Assembly (NCBI RefSeq): GCF_001194135.2
Contig: NC_068986.1
Location: forward strand, 112,162,973 to 112,226,862
Origin: Octopus bimaculoides
Taxonomy: Eukaryota
Direction: 5' to 3'
Length of the DNA stretch: 63,890 nt
Numbering within the stretch: the first letter of the stretch is position 1; each line of letters begins with the position of its first letter. The position numbers and the translations under genes were made by a program. Positions 1 through 12,041 of the stretch are shown here, piece by piece. Under the pieces are notes generated by a model. The model was not told where the DNA came from. It saw only the letters and a list, made by a program, of their open reading frames with translations, and searched no databases.

Positions 1-91
1 AGTGCAACATGTATGTGTGTTGGAGACAGTGGTAGAGAGATGGGGTGTGCGAGAAATAAACGAAGTTGTAAATGAAAACGAAAGAGAGAAG

Positions 92-92
92 A

Positions 93-123
<31 letters not shown>

Positions 124-224
124 CGTATGCGTGTGTTTATGTGTTTGTGAGTGTGTGTGTGAGAGTGTGTGTGTGTGTGAGTGTGTGTGTGTGTGTGTGT
201 GTGCGTGTGTGTGTGTGTGTGTGA
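92..224. repeat. (GT)n microsatellite, imperfect
   Basis: Directly visible gt/gtgc/gagt run. Confidence 0.95.
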
Positions 225-399
225 TTAAGGCATTAAATAAAATTGATCGAAATTGTTTACTGTTTCATGTTACTCTGATCAGTCTAGCGATCCGTTTGGC
301 ACATTGACCTCGGAGGTCATCGCAGTTAAAGTCAGCAACGATTTCTGAAGATACTAATATTGGTGCAACTAATAGAAATGGTGATGTTAATGATACAAA

Positions 400-509
400 C
401 AGCAACAACAACAACAAAAAATGATAAAAACACTGGGACAACAGCTGAACAACAGCAAGAACATCAACCGCAGCAGCAGTAGTAATAGTAGCGGTAGTTG
501 TAGTGGGAA

Positions 510-591
<82 letters not shown>

Positions 592-680
592 GGTGGTGGT
601 GATTGTCGTACTAGTACTTGTAGTAGTAGCAGTCGTAGTTGTACTTATAGTAGTAGTAGCAGCAGAAGTAGTTTTACTTA

Positions 681-748
<68 letters not shown>

Positions 749-815
749 ATGAAAGTAACATCATCAATAATAAGAACAACATCAACAACAACGCAAACAA
801 CACAAACGACAATAA
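400..815. repeat. Compound trinucleotide array (AAC/CAG/AGT/GGT/AAC)
   Basis: Successive AAC, CAG, AGT, GGT, AGT and AAC runs; source of the Ser/Thr/Val homopolymer ORFs. Confidence 0.9.
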
Positions 816-1021
816 GAATGATTTCGAATGTTGGCAGAAGGCGAGCACGATCTGGGAGGCGATCAGTCAATTACATCGACCTCAGTGTGTAACTGGTACT
901 CATTTTATCGACCACGGAGATATAAGGCATGAAAGGTAAAGTCTGGCTCAGAACGTAAAGATGGCCGAAATGCCGCTAAGCTATATTGGCCGGTGTGCCA
1001 ACGACCCTGCTACGTTGCCGA
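815..1021 (-). mobile_element. tRNA-derived SINE, family A
   Basis: Reverse complement reads gcttagcggcatttcggccatctttacgttctgag...gataaaatgagtaccagttacacactgaggtcgatgtaattgac, matching the copies at 39661, 45486 and 57071. Confidence 0.85.
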
Positions 1022-1023
1022 CA

Positions 1024-1055
<32 letters not shown>

Positions 1056-1663
1056 ATAATAATAATAATAATATATACATACACACACGCACACACACAC
1101 ATACATACGTATATATNNNNNNNNNNNNNNNNNNNNNNNNNNNNNNNNNNNNNNNNNNNNNNNNNNNNNNNNNNNNNNNNNNNNNNNNNNNNNNNNNNNN
1201 NNNNNNNNNNNNNNNNNNNNNNNNNNNNNNNNNNNNNNNNNNNNNNNNNNNNNNNNNNNNNNNNNNNNNNNNNNNNNNNNNNNNNNNNNNNNNNNNNNNN
1301 NNNNNNNNNNNNNNNNNNNNNNNNNNNNNNNNNNNNNNNNNNNNNNNNNNNNNNNNNNNNNNNNNNNNNNNNNNNNNNNNNNNNNNNNNNNNNNNNNNNN
1401 NNNNNNNNNNNNNNNNNNNNNNNNNNNNNNNNNNNNNNNNNNNNNNNNNNNNNNNNNNNNNNNNNNNNNNNNNNNNNNNNNNNNNNNNNNNNNNNNNNNN
1501 NNNNNNNNNNNNNNNNNNNNNNNNNNNNNNNNNNNNNNNNNNNNNNNNNNNNNNNNNNNNNNNNNNNNNNNNNNNNNNNNNNNNNNNNNNNNNNNNNNNN
1601 NNNNNNNNNNNNNNNNNNNNNNNNNNNNNNNNNNNNNNNNNNNNNNNNNNNNNNNNNNNNNNN

Positions 1664-1697
1664 AATAATAACGATGATGATAATGATGATAATAATT

Positions 1698-1749
<52 letters not shown>

Positions 1750-1757
1750 GGATGATA
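1664..1757. repeat. (AAT)/(GAT)n microsatellite
   Basis: Directly visible; abuts the 5' end of the Dong-like fragment. Confidence 0.95.
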
Positions 1758-1759
1758 AG

Positions 1760-2956
1760 ATGCTAAAGCCCGTTATATAAGAGACCATGGAAAACGTAAG
1801 AATCTTCATTCTGTTATGAAGGAGGACAGCAGAAAATTTCAAGTGAGTTTATGCATAATACCCTGGTTGAACAGCATGAAGGAAGTGCAGCAACTGTAGT
1901 TGCAAAGAAGGTGAAATCAATAGCAAAGCAAAATGCAATTAAACAATTGGCTGATAGGTGGGCTACAAACCTCTGCATGGCAAATATGTGGACCGTAGCA
2001 GACAAGCTGATGTAGACCAGAAGCACAACCATCGGAGGCTATGGAAATCAGGGCTAAAGGCAGAGAGTGCAGGCCCTTATCTTGGCTGCCGAAGATCAGA
2101 GTTTATTGACCCGGAACTATCAAGCCAATGTGAGGAGGAATGTTGTAGACCCAAAGTGCCGTTACTGCAACGATGGGATCGAAACAGTGGAGCACCTAAT
2201 CTCTGCATGTAAGGTTTTAGCACTTGTAGAGTACAAATCAAGACATGACAGTGTTGGTCAATATCTTCTTTGAATAATGTGTCGGCATTATAAAATCAAA
2301 ACTGCTGACAAACGGTTCAAGCCCTACCATGAGGCTGTAACTGAATGAGAGAATGTAACTATTCTTTTGGACTTCCTAGTATGTATAGACCGGATCATCA
2401 AGGTATACAAACCAGATCAGGTTGTGAAAGTGCAAAACAATGAAGTCTGTTTATTGATCGACATGAGCATGCTCTGTGACTATTATATCTCGGCAAAAGA
2501 ATTTGATAAACTCAGAAATTATAGAGATTTGCTAATCGAAATAGAAAAGATGTGCCATCTCAAAACGATTACAGTGTCAGTGATTGTAGGAGCGCTTGGA
2601 ATGATCAAAAATGGAACTGAAAATTATTTAAGAATGATCCCTGGCTTACCATCCATGCAGGAAGTGCAAAAGATTGTCTTAAATGGTAACTGGTCACACG
2701 TATTGTGAAGAGCATTGTCGCTGTGAATTTTCTTTCCTTTTTCTTCCCTTTATTGTATTGTTTTTACTTTTCTATTTTATATTTTTTCCTTTTTTCTCTG
2801 TCTTCTCCTTTTTCTGTATCACATGACTTTGTAAATGAACAATCTAGTGTGTGTATGTGAATGGCCTAATATTGTATACAGTACGTTTCTTTGCTCCAGG
2901 TGTCAGGAAGACTTTCTGCAACAAATAAAAACACAATTGAAAGAAAATGTAATGAA
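1760..2956 (+). mobile_element. R4/Dong-like non-LTR retrotransposon, 3' part (Zn knuckle + RLE endonuclease + 3' UTR), frameshifted
   Basis: Frameshifted peptides KPLHGKY, LILAAEDQSLLTRNYQ, CRYCNDGIETVEHLISAC (CCHC), RHD.VG, KPD..LID..K..Y.DL..EI (PD..D..K RLE) and VIVGALGMI; 3' UTR ends in a (TAA)n tail. Confidence 0.9.
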
Positions 2957-3099
2957 AATAATAATAATAACAACAATAATAATGCTGGTGATAATAGGTG
3001 CAAAAACTAGTCCCTTGATGCTCTTTTTAAGTCTTGAGTACAGTTTGTATAAATTAGAGCCAAGGCGAATCAACAATAAGAATCTTTTTCTGCTAGACG

Positions 3100-3225
3100 C
3101 ACGACAGTCGATCCCGAATATATGCAAGGCAAAATCGATCTCAGCGGCATTTCAAAATGTTAAGCTGGACGAAATGCCGCTAATAATTTTGCCTCGTTGC
3201 TAACGATTCTGAAAACCCGCCGCCC
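3100..3225 (-). mobile_element. SINE family A, 5' part
   Basis: Reverse complement gggcggcgg..cagaatcgttagca..ttagcggcatttcgtcc..gagatcgattttgcc matches the family A head. Confidence 0.75.
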
Positions 3226-3230
3226 TAGGC

Positions 3231-3231
<1 letters not shown>

Positions 3232-3304
<73 letters not shown>

Positions 3305-3310
3305 AATAAT
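3232..3310. repeat. (TAA)n microsatellite
   Basis: Directly visible. Confidence 0.97.
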
Positions 3311-4050
3311 TTGGGCCTCTGGTGAACAGAGCTTTAATACGGGGTTTAAAATTGTAGAATTGCAGACACAATGAAACTCTGGGTCAGGAAGAGAAATGAT
3401 ATAACTAGTGATATGAGAACTGACAACATCACAGACATCACCAATCTGATAAATTCAATCTTGATCTTTATAGCCCGGAAGTTAGGTTTGAAAGCCAAAG
3501 GTAAATGTCAATATAAGCTGAAGGAACCATGGTGGAAAAGGAGATATAACGCAGTCTATTAACGAGGCCAGAGAGCATATTAATAATATGGAACGGAAAA
3601 AGGAAGTTCAGAGACAGAATTATGTTGAGCTAGAAAGGAAGTATAGGGTGAAGAGAAACGGAATCAATGTTGTGATTCAGGATTTAAAACAGAGGTTGAA
3701 AACTAAAGCACATAAATTAAAAGAAATATGAACAAGGAATAGAACAATACAGATTAAACAGACGTTTCGAAGAAAATCTGAAATGGATCTACCAGAAACT
3801 GGATGAGAAAGAAAAAGGTGAAAAAGCGGAAACGAGATATTCAACTCAAACATATCGTCTCATGAGAACCGACAGGAAACTGAAGCAGTGTGGTTAAAGA
3901 CACAGAATGAAGAGAGAGGAGGGTATCAGGGGGAGGATTTCAGAATGACCGAGGACAGGACTACAGATCAGTACAGGAAAATTTCCAACTGGAAAGCGCC
4001 TGACCCAGATGCGGTTCAGGGCTTTATTTTTACCTACACTGTGTTACGGA
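3311..4050 (+). mobile_element. R4/Dong-like LINE fragment (pre-RT region into RT domain 0), pseudogenised
   Basis: Peptides TNLI..ARKLGLK..KEPWWKRR, ELERKYRVKRNG..DLKQRLKTKA, QYRLNRRF and ISNWKAPDPDAVQGF (cf. NWKAPGPDG.QGFW of RLE-clade RTs). Confidence 0.8.
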
Positions 4051-5030
4051 GGAATAATAANNNNNNNNNNNNNNNNNNNNNNNNNNNNNNNNNNNNNNNN
4101 NNNNNNNNNNNNNNNNNNNNNNNNNNNNNNNNNNNNNNNNNNNNNNNNNNNNNNNNNNNNNNNNNNNNNNNNNNNNNNNNNNNNNNNNNNNNNNNNNNNN
4201 NNNNNNNNNNNNNNNNNNNNNNNNNNNNNNNNNNNNNNNNNNNNNNNNNNNNNNNNNNNNNNNNNNNNNNNNNNNNNNNNNNNNNNNNNNNNNNNNNNNN
4301 NNNNNNNNNNNNNNNNNNNNNNNNNNNNNNNNNNNNNNNNNNNNNNNNNNNNNNNNNNNNNTATATATATATATATATACATATATATATACATATATGC
4401 AAGAAGAAAACGGAGGGAAAATAGCAGGAATAAGTTGGTCGTTTGCCCTAATAAGCCATTAATTTAATTAATTAGTAAAGAAAAGTGGTAGTAATAGATG
4501 AGAAGAGCGAAAGACATAGGGATACATTTGTAACGAGAATAAAGACAAATAATGGTAAGTCTTACATTAGAGTAGATTTCTTATTTGATAATTCTGCCGC
4601 GAAGTGGATGTAGGATGGAAATTCGACAGGGTTTAGTATTTATATCTGTGAGTTTGAATAATTTGTGCACATTCTCAAAAGCTACCGTCACTCCTCTGTA
4701 ATTTCAGTCCTCAAAGCCATAAGGATAGATATATTTATGAACTGTTGACATCTCAGCGTGGGAGAATTAATGAATTCCATCATATTTATGCTAAACTTTT
4801 TGACTGAATATTTTTTTTTGTGCAAATCTTTTCTTTCTGCTTGTTTTCTTGTTTCATTCCTGTTATTTTTTGTATATTTTCTTCTTGCATATAATTCAAA
4901 CTACCGTTTACCCGCTAAATTACCTGCAGCCGTATACCATTTACCAAGGACTGTACCTACGCAGGTAATCACCAGGAGTGCCTTGGGATTTAAGCATCCT
5001 TTAGAGATTTAAACACCTCTAACTTATACT

Positions 5031-5031
<1 letters not shown>

Positions 5032-5073
<42 letters not shown>

Positions 5074-5077
5074 ATAT

Positions 5078-5116
<39 letters not shown>
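5032..5116. repeat. (CT)n-(TA)n compound microsatellite
   Basis: Directly visible. Confidence 0.9.
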
Positions 5117-5119
<3 letters not shown>

Positions 5120-5379
5120 GGACGAGGGTGTACATTTACGGTGTACATTTATGCTGTAGTTAAAGTATATAATTGGACACATACATATCGACAGTGACAA
5201 CAATCGCGCGATTATATTCCTTATCATTATACATATATACAGTTATACTCTTTAACATCACCATTAGGGCATTTTGGGTCATATTCCTAGCAATGTCTAT
5301 ATTTCTAATACCCTCTTAATATTTAGTGACAATTATAGTTTTAGGTTAAACTTTGCACACTGCTGACTATATTAATCTG

Positions 5380-5381
<2 letters not shown>

Positions 5382-5418
<37 letters not shown>

Positions 5419-5494
5419 TGTGTGTGTGTGTCTGTGGGTGCGTGTGTGTGTCTGTGTCTGTGTGTCTGTGCGTGTGTGTGTGTATGTGTATGTA

Positions 5495-5584
<90 letters not shown>
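5382..5584. repeat. (GT)n microsatellite
   Basis: Directly visible. Confidence 0.95.
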
Positions 5585-5585
<1 letters not shown>

Positions 5586-5689
5586 ATCATATCAGCGAAA
5601 ATCGTGCATGACATAAATTCTTATTCAAGGATTATTATTTGTTGAAATGTTCAAATATTAGTAATCGATAAAACTATTAGCAAAACTAA

Positions 5690-5750
5690 AACCTGGGGTC
5701 GATATAATCGATTATAAAACCTTTGATGGTGGTGATCCAACATGGCTACA
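5690..5750 (+). mobile_element. SINE 3' tail fragment (family B-like)
   Basis: ctggggtcgatataatcgattataaaacctttgatggtggtgatccaacatggc resembles the 3' end of the SINE at 11745-12595. Confidence 0.5.
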
Positions 5751-6559
5751 CCTCTCTCATTGTGAAGCGCAAAAATAGTTTCAAATTAAACTTTACCCTA
5801 ACTCATTCTATTAGCGTCTATGCATCATTTAAAAACCTCTACGGACATTCTGATTGCATGTGATGTATGTTATTGTGGCATATGTTTAGCCCATGGAAAC
5901 CATGGGCTTGTAATCACGTGATCAAATGTGATCTTGCTGTAACAATCAGGTGTAGTAAAATCAGAACTATATTATTTTCATATGTTCAAATTTTAAGACG
6001 ATGGAGCCTGCTGCTCGGGATGTAGGATGCAAGTCAGTTTGGCAAGTGAGGACGGTCTCTCTGTCGATGTATAGTGTATGTTGATGATGTTGCTGCCGTT
6101 GTTGTTGATTTCATTGGGTTGAAAATCAACTCTGTCATTGTAGAGTATGGTAAATAAACTTATTTTCTCTCTTCATCCATTCAGAGAGATTTCTGTCTAG
6201 GTAGTAGATCCTTCCATTTTCATGATTGCAGAGTATTTTTTTAGGAAAATCTGCTACAACTCATAGATGGAGAAGAAGCAATAAGGCTTCAGACTGATGC
6301 GTAGATAGCATGTGACCTTGTAATTATGGAACCTTTAATATTTGTGCTAAAGTGAGGAACAATCTCTTTGTATCAAGTTACTTTGAGAAAATGCTTTACT
6401 TGAAGAAAAGCATTCCTTCGCATTCAAAGAAGTCAGACATTGCTCACATTCTTAAAATTACATTGTCGGGTTCGATATTTCTGATGGTCTGCTGACTAAA
6501 ATATGACTGCAAGTCATGCTATTATTATTACGAACAACTTGACAAATGGCTCATGAATT

Positions 6560-6905
6560 GATTCTTGGAGAATTTATGGAACAAATAAAATCAATCCAGG
6601 AAATGATGAAGAAATAGGAGAGGGAAAACGAGAAGACAAAAAGAGAGAATAAATATATAGAGAGAAGATCAGAGAATGAGATGAATAGACAAGGATAAAC
6701 GATGGAAAGAGAGAATGTGTGAGTGAGGGTCAGGGCAAGAGAGGAATTACATAGCAATGAGGGGAATGAGCAGAGATAAAAGGAAGAGAATGGGAGAGGG
6801 AGAGAGAAAGAGCGGGAGAGGGGAGAAAGAAAGAGAAAGAAAAGGGATGAAAGAGTAAAGAAATACAGAAACAGAAAAACGCGAGGTGAGAACGAGTTAA
6901 AGAGG
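6560..6905. repeat. GA-rich polypurine low-complexity tract
   Basis: Directly visible. Confidence 0.8.
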
Positions 6906-7017
6906 AGAATTATACATATATTTAAATATGTATATACAATGTGTGTATGCGTGTGTTTGGATGAATGTACGTGTGTGCACACAAGCATACACACGCGCAA
7001 ATACCAATATAGATAAA

Positions 7018-7128
<111 letters not shown>

Positions 7129-7468
7129 ATATATAGAAGTGATTTTATGATGCTGTATACCATATTTTAATCAATGAAATTCCAACTTCATGTGATTTTC
7201 ACGTTGTATTATTTGCAATTTTTATAATTTTACAATGTTACAATATGGAAATTAAGTAGTACTTTCATGCGTTAAGCAGTCATCAGGTTTATGTAGTTGG
7301 AAGTTGATTGATTAATATTTATAACAAAGTCAACTTGCAAGGTACTTCTTTACAGACCCCTGCATTTTAAAATCCTCTTTCCTACATTTATATATATGTA
7401 GGTGCGTGTGTGTGCATGTATATATATATATATATATGCATGTATGGATCGATCTATCCATCTACATC

Positions 7469-7512
<44 letters not shown>

Positions 7513-8173
7513 NNNNNNNNNNNNNNNNNNNNNNNNNNNNNNNNNNNNNNNNNNNNNNNNNNNNNNNNNNNNNNNNNNNNNNNNNNNNNNNNNNNNNNNN
7601 NNNNNNNNNNNNNNNNNNNNNNNNNNNNNNNNNNNNNNNNNNNNNNNNNNNNNNNNNNNNNNNNNNNNNNNNNNNNNNNNNNNNNNNNNNNNNNNNNNNN
7701 NNNNNNNNNNNNNNNNNNNNNNNNNNNNNNNNNNNNNNNNNNNNNNNNNNNNNNNNNNNNNNNNNNNNNNNNNNNNNNNNNNNNNNNNNNNNNNNNNNNN
7801 NNNNNNNNNNNNNNNNNNNNNNNNNNNNNNNNNNNNNNNNNNNNNNNNNNNNNNNNNNNNNNNNNNNNNNNNNNNNNNNNNNNNNNNNNNNNNNNNNNNN
7901 NNNNNNNNNNNNNNNNNNNNNNNNNNNNNNNNNNNNNNNNNNNNNNNNNNNNNNNNNNNNNNNNNNNNNNNNNNNNNNNNNNNNNNNNNNNNNNNNNNNN
8001 NNNNNNNNNNNNNNNNNNNNNNNNNNNNNNNNNNNNNNNNNNNNNNNNNNNNNNNNNNNNNNNNNNNNNNNNNNNNNNNNNNNNNNNNNNNNNNNNNNNN
8101 NNNNNNNNNNNNNNNNNNNNNNNNNNNNNNNNNNNNNNNNNNNNNNNNNNNNNNNNNNNNNNNNNNNNNNNNN

Positions 8174-8234
8174 NGAAGAAGAAGAAGAAGAAGAAGAAGA
8201 AGAAGAAGAAGAAGAAGAGGGAGAAGAAGAAGAA
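8174..8234. repeat. (GAA)n microsatellite
   Basis: Directly visible. Confidence 0.95.
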
Positions 8235-8760
8235 ATGCCCTGCTGCAGTACCAGACAGTGGCTCTCATGGCTTCTGATCTTAACCGATTAGAAGTCTTAG
8301 CATAAAAGATGGGCTACAGCAAATAATTTGCTAAATACCACAGATTTGCTTGTCAGTTGCTTGACCTTAAACAGTGGAGCATGTCCCTTGGTGGCTGACG
8401 TTATGTGCATCTCTGATCATGAGCAGAAGTAGTAGGGGGCATCATAATAATGTGTTGAGAGGAATTCTTTGCGGTTTGGAAAATCCACCGCTGGGTATTT
8501 TGTTTAACATCCTTAACCAATCCTTATTCAGGGACCTTTTCAGCGAGTTGGGCTACTCGACCTGCAGATAATTCTAACTGGGGCCAACCTGGAATATCAT
8601 GCACTGTTTATCTTGATATGAGATCACAATGTCGCGCACATATGTTTACGAAATATGTGACTGGTGTACACTTATTAGATGTTTTGTCATGTTGGGTATA
8701 CTGGGCATCATATATTTTACCCTAGTCTCAATTTTGATGGTATACATTACTCATTCACTC
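8235..8760 (+). mobile_element. ~530-bp non-coding microsatellite-embedded interspersed element, copy 1 (orientation provisional)
   Basis: End-to-end match to the reverse complement of 15091-15624; flanked by (GAA)n and (AAT)n; no ORF, TIR or tRNA head seen. Confidence 0.85.
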
Positions 8761-8777
8761 AATAATAATAATTATAA

Positions 8778-8908
8778 TAATTTCGTCGAGGTCGAATTTG
8801 CCTTTCGTCCTACCGTGGTCGAATAATTAAATACCATATGCTTATTGGCATCGATCTAATCGACTGAATGCCTCCCCAAAAATGTCATGCCTTGTGCCTG
8901 GAATAGAA

Positions 8909-8910
<2 letters not shown>
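8778..8910 (+). mobile_element. SINE family A, 3' half with (TAA)n tail
   Basis: aatttcgtcgaggtcgaatttgcctttcgtcc..gtcgaataattaaatacc..cgatctaatcgactg matches family A. Confidence 0.75.
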
Positions 8911-8944
<34 letters not shown>

Positions 8945-8947
<3 letters not shown>

Positions 8948-9305
8948 GAGGAATGGTCCAAAAAGTAATTGAGAATTATCTAAGAATGATCCCTTATTCA
9001 CCATCCTTGCAGGAATGCCAATTATAAACTTGAGTGCTGCCTCACACTTACTCAAATGAGCAATGTCGCTGTGAATTTTATTTTTTGCCCCTTTAATTTA
9101 CTTTACATAGTTTTTATATATATATTTTTGCATTTTTCTCAGTGTCATTCTACACGTTGTTCTATATCACATGATTTTATAAATAAACAATCTGGTGTGT
9201 TTATTTTCATGGCGTACCAGTGTACACAGTGAGTTTCTCTGATCTAGGTGTCTGGACGACACTCGGGAGTAAATGGAAACAAAATTGAGAGACTACAATG
9301 ATAAA
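8945..9305 (+). mobile_element. R4/Dong-like LINE, short 5'-truncated 3' end
   Basis: Collinear with 2595-2956 (aagaatgatccct..accatcc.tgcaggaa, gagca.tgtcgctgtgaattt, tatcacatga, aacaatct.gtgtgt, .aggtgtc.gga.gac); TAA-rich flanks on both sides. Confidence 0.85.
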
Positions 9306-9475
9306 AAATAATGATAATAATAACAGTATTTATAACAATAACAGCAACAAAAAGTACAACAGTAGCAACGTTGATGATGATGTTGATGATAGCAAAAATT
9401 ATATATACATAGATTGATAGATAGATAGAAATACAGACAGATCGATATGCATTTCTCTCTTTCTCTCTCTCTCTC

Positions 9476-9509
<34 letters not shown>

Positions 9510-10276
9510 NNNNNNNNNNNNNNNNNNNNNNNNNNNNNNNNNNNNNNNNNNNNNNNNNNNNNNNNNNNNNNNNNNNNNNNNNNNNNNNNNNNNNNNNNNN
9601 NNNNNNNNNNNNNNNNNNNNNNNNNNNNNNNNNNNNNNNNNNNNNNNNNNNNNNNNNNNNNNNNNNNNNNNNNNNNNNNNNNNNNNNNNNNNNNNNNNNN
9701 NNNNNNNNNNNNNNNNNNNNNNNNNNNNNNNNNNNNNNNNNNNNNNNNNNNNNNNNNNNNNNNNNNNNNNNNNNNNNNNNNNNNNNNNNNNNNNNNNNNN
9801 NNNNNNNNNNNNNNNNNNNNNNNNNNNNNNNNNNNNNNNNNNNNNNNNNNNNNNNNNNNNNNNNNNNNNNNNNNNNNNNNNNNNNNNNNNNNNNNNNNNN
9901 NNNNNNNNNNNNNNNNNNNNNNNNNNNNNNNNNNNNNNNNNNNNNNNNNNNNNNNNNNNNNNNNNNNNNNNNNNNNNNNNNNNNNNNNNNNNNNNNNNNN
10001 NNNNNNNNNNNNNNNNNNNNNNNNNNNNNNNNNNNNNNNNNNNNNNNNNNNNNNNNNNNNNNNNNNNNNNNNNNNNNNNNNNNNNNNNNNNNNNNNNNNN
10101 NNNNNNNNNNNNNNNNNNNNNNNNNNNNNNNNNNNNNNNNNNNNNNNNNNNNNNNNNNNNNNNNNNNNNNNNNNNNNNNNNNNNNNNNNNNNNNNNNNNN
10201 NNNNNNNNNNNNNNNNNNNNNNNNNNNNNNNNNNNNNNNNNNNNNNNNNNNNNNNNNNNATATATATATATGTAAA

Positions 10277-10308
<32 letters not shown>

Positions 10309-11744
10309 CATACATGTATATATATATGCATATGTGTATATTCATACAGAGACGTGCATATATATATGTATGTATATATACGTGCGTGTGCGTAAATATA
10401 TATAGAGATAGATAGACCGGCAGATAGTTTCCTATGCATGTTTATATGCATGCAGATATCATCGTGCATGTAGATATGTATGTATATCTGTGAACGTATA
10501 TTCACACGAGAAAGTTGATATTAATATGAAACCGGGAGTGAGGACAAAGTTTCACATGTGCCCTCACCTCTGCCTTAGGTATAAACAAGTGAATTGAATA
10601 GAAAATAATTGGTTGTCTCTGAAGAGATAGCCATGAAATTCTAATAATATAGCACTTAATATTTAGCATTGCATTTAGTGACTGCCACATTTCTAAAGGG
10701 GATATCACCAGCAACATGATTAAGCTGGTGCATAAATATGTAAACGTACGTATATAGTTAAATATATACAGATACATTCATGCATACATATGTATCAACA
10801 TATGCAAAACAGATATTTAAGGAGTGAGATATAGAGGTATGTGCTTAAATGTGTATATACACATATACATATGTATATGTATATATACATGCGTGTGTGT
10901 TGTATGTGTGTGTATTACCTAAATACAATTGCATACGTATATATGCACATACATGTACATACATATTTATTCATGTATACACAAATATAAACTTACACAC
11001 ATATATTTATATGTATAAATTCATATATGCATGTGAATATGCATGTTAATTTTTGAGAGTATTGTTTTGTGTATGCAAGTGTATGGTTGTATCTGAAGAT
11101 ATTAGTTATCGCGTAGCCTAATCTGTTTCATCGTCACGTCCTGTATGGTGCACGAAATTTGTATACATGCCTAATTGTTAGTATATATATATATATATAT
11201 ATATATGCACGCCTATCTATATGTATGTACGTACTCAAGTATCTCTATATGTATATATAAGCGCGTACGTGTATATGTATTCGTTATCTATACGTGTATG
11301 TGTATGATGTATTTTGGTGTATGTTCGTATGTATGCATTTGTGACTTATCAGTTATTATCTAGAAGCTATTATTTCGTAAATTATTTCACAAACCAGTTC
11401 ATTTTCTGCACTTAAAGACCAGCATGTTAAAATTGATATTATATTCCATACGAAGGTGAATTAAATTTTGCGGAATTAATTCTGTATTTCTTGAAATTTT
11501 CTGCCGGTTTATGATTATCTGTATGAATTAACGCCATATAATTTTTTTCTCTGCATTTCTCGCTGTATGTCTTTGAGTGGGATCTTCCAACTTCTATGGT
11601 TAACTATTTCAGGCGCTTTCTGTTGACCATTTCATCATACTGCTATTAGTTAAGTATCTTCTCACTTAAGAATTTCGATGTTACCTGAACATAATCGTAG
11701 GTGGAATTTTCCTGGAAGTAACTTAATAAAACTATTACTTAATT

Positions 11745-11967
11745 CTTTTAATTGTTTTACTTGTTTCAGCCTTTTGACTGCGCCCATGCTAGAGCACATC
11801 ACCAAAGTTTTTTTTATTTATTTATTCCGAGAAATCGATCCCAAGACTTAATCTTTCTAAGCCTAGTACCCATTCTACCGTGTCGATTGTCGAACTTCTC
11901 AGTTAGAGGGGCATAAACACATCAGCATCGGATGTCAAGTAATGACGAGGGGACGGACAAAGGCATA

Positions 11968-12041
<74 letters not shown>

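Noticed and set aside
265-939. 172-201 aa Ser/Thr/Val-rich ORFs
   Set aside because: Open in several frames and on both strands only because of trinucleotide arrays; the 3' end runs into a SINE
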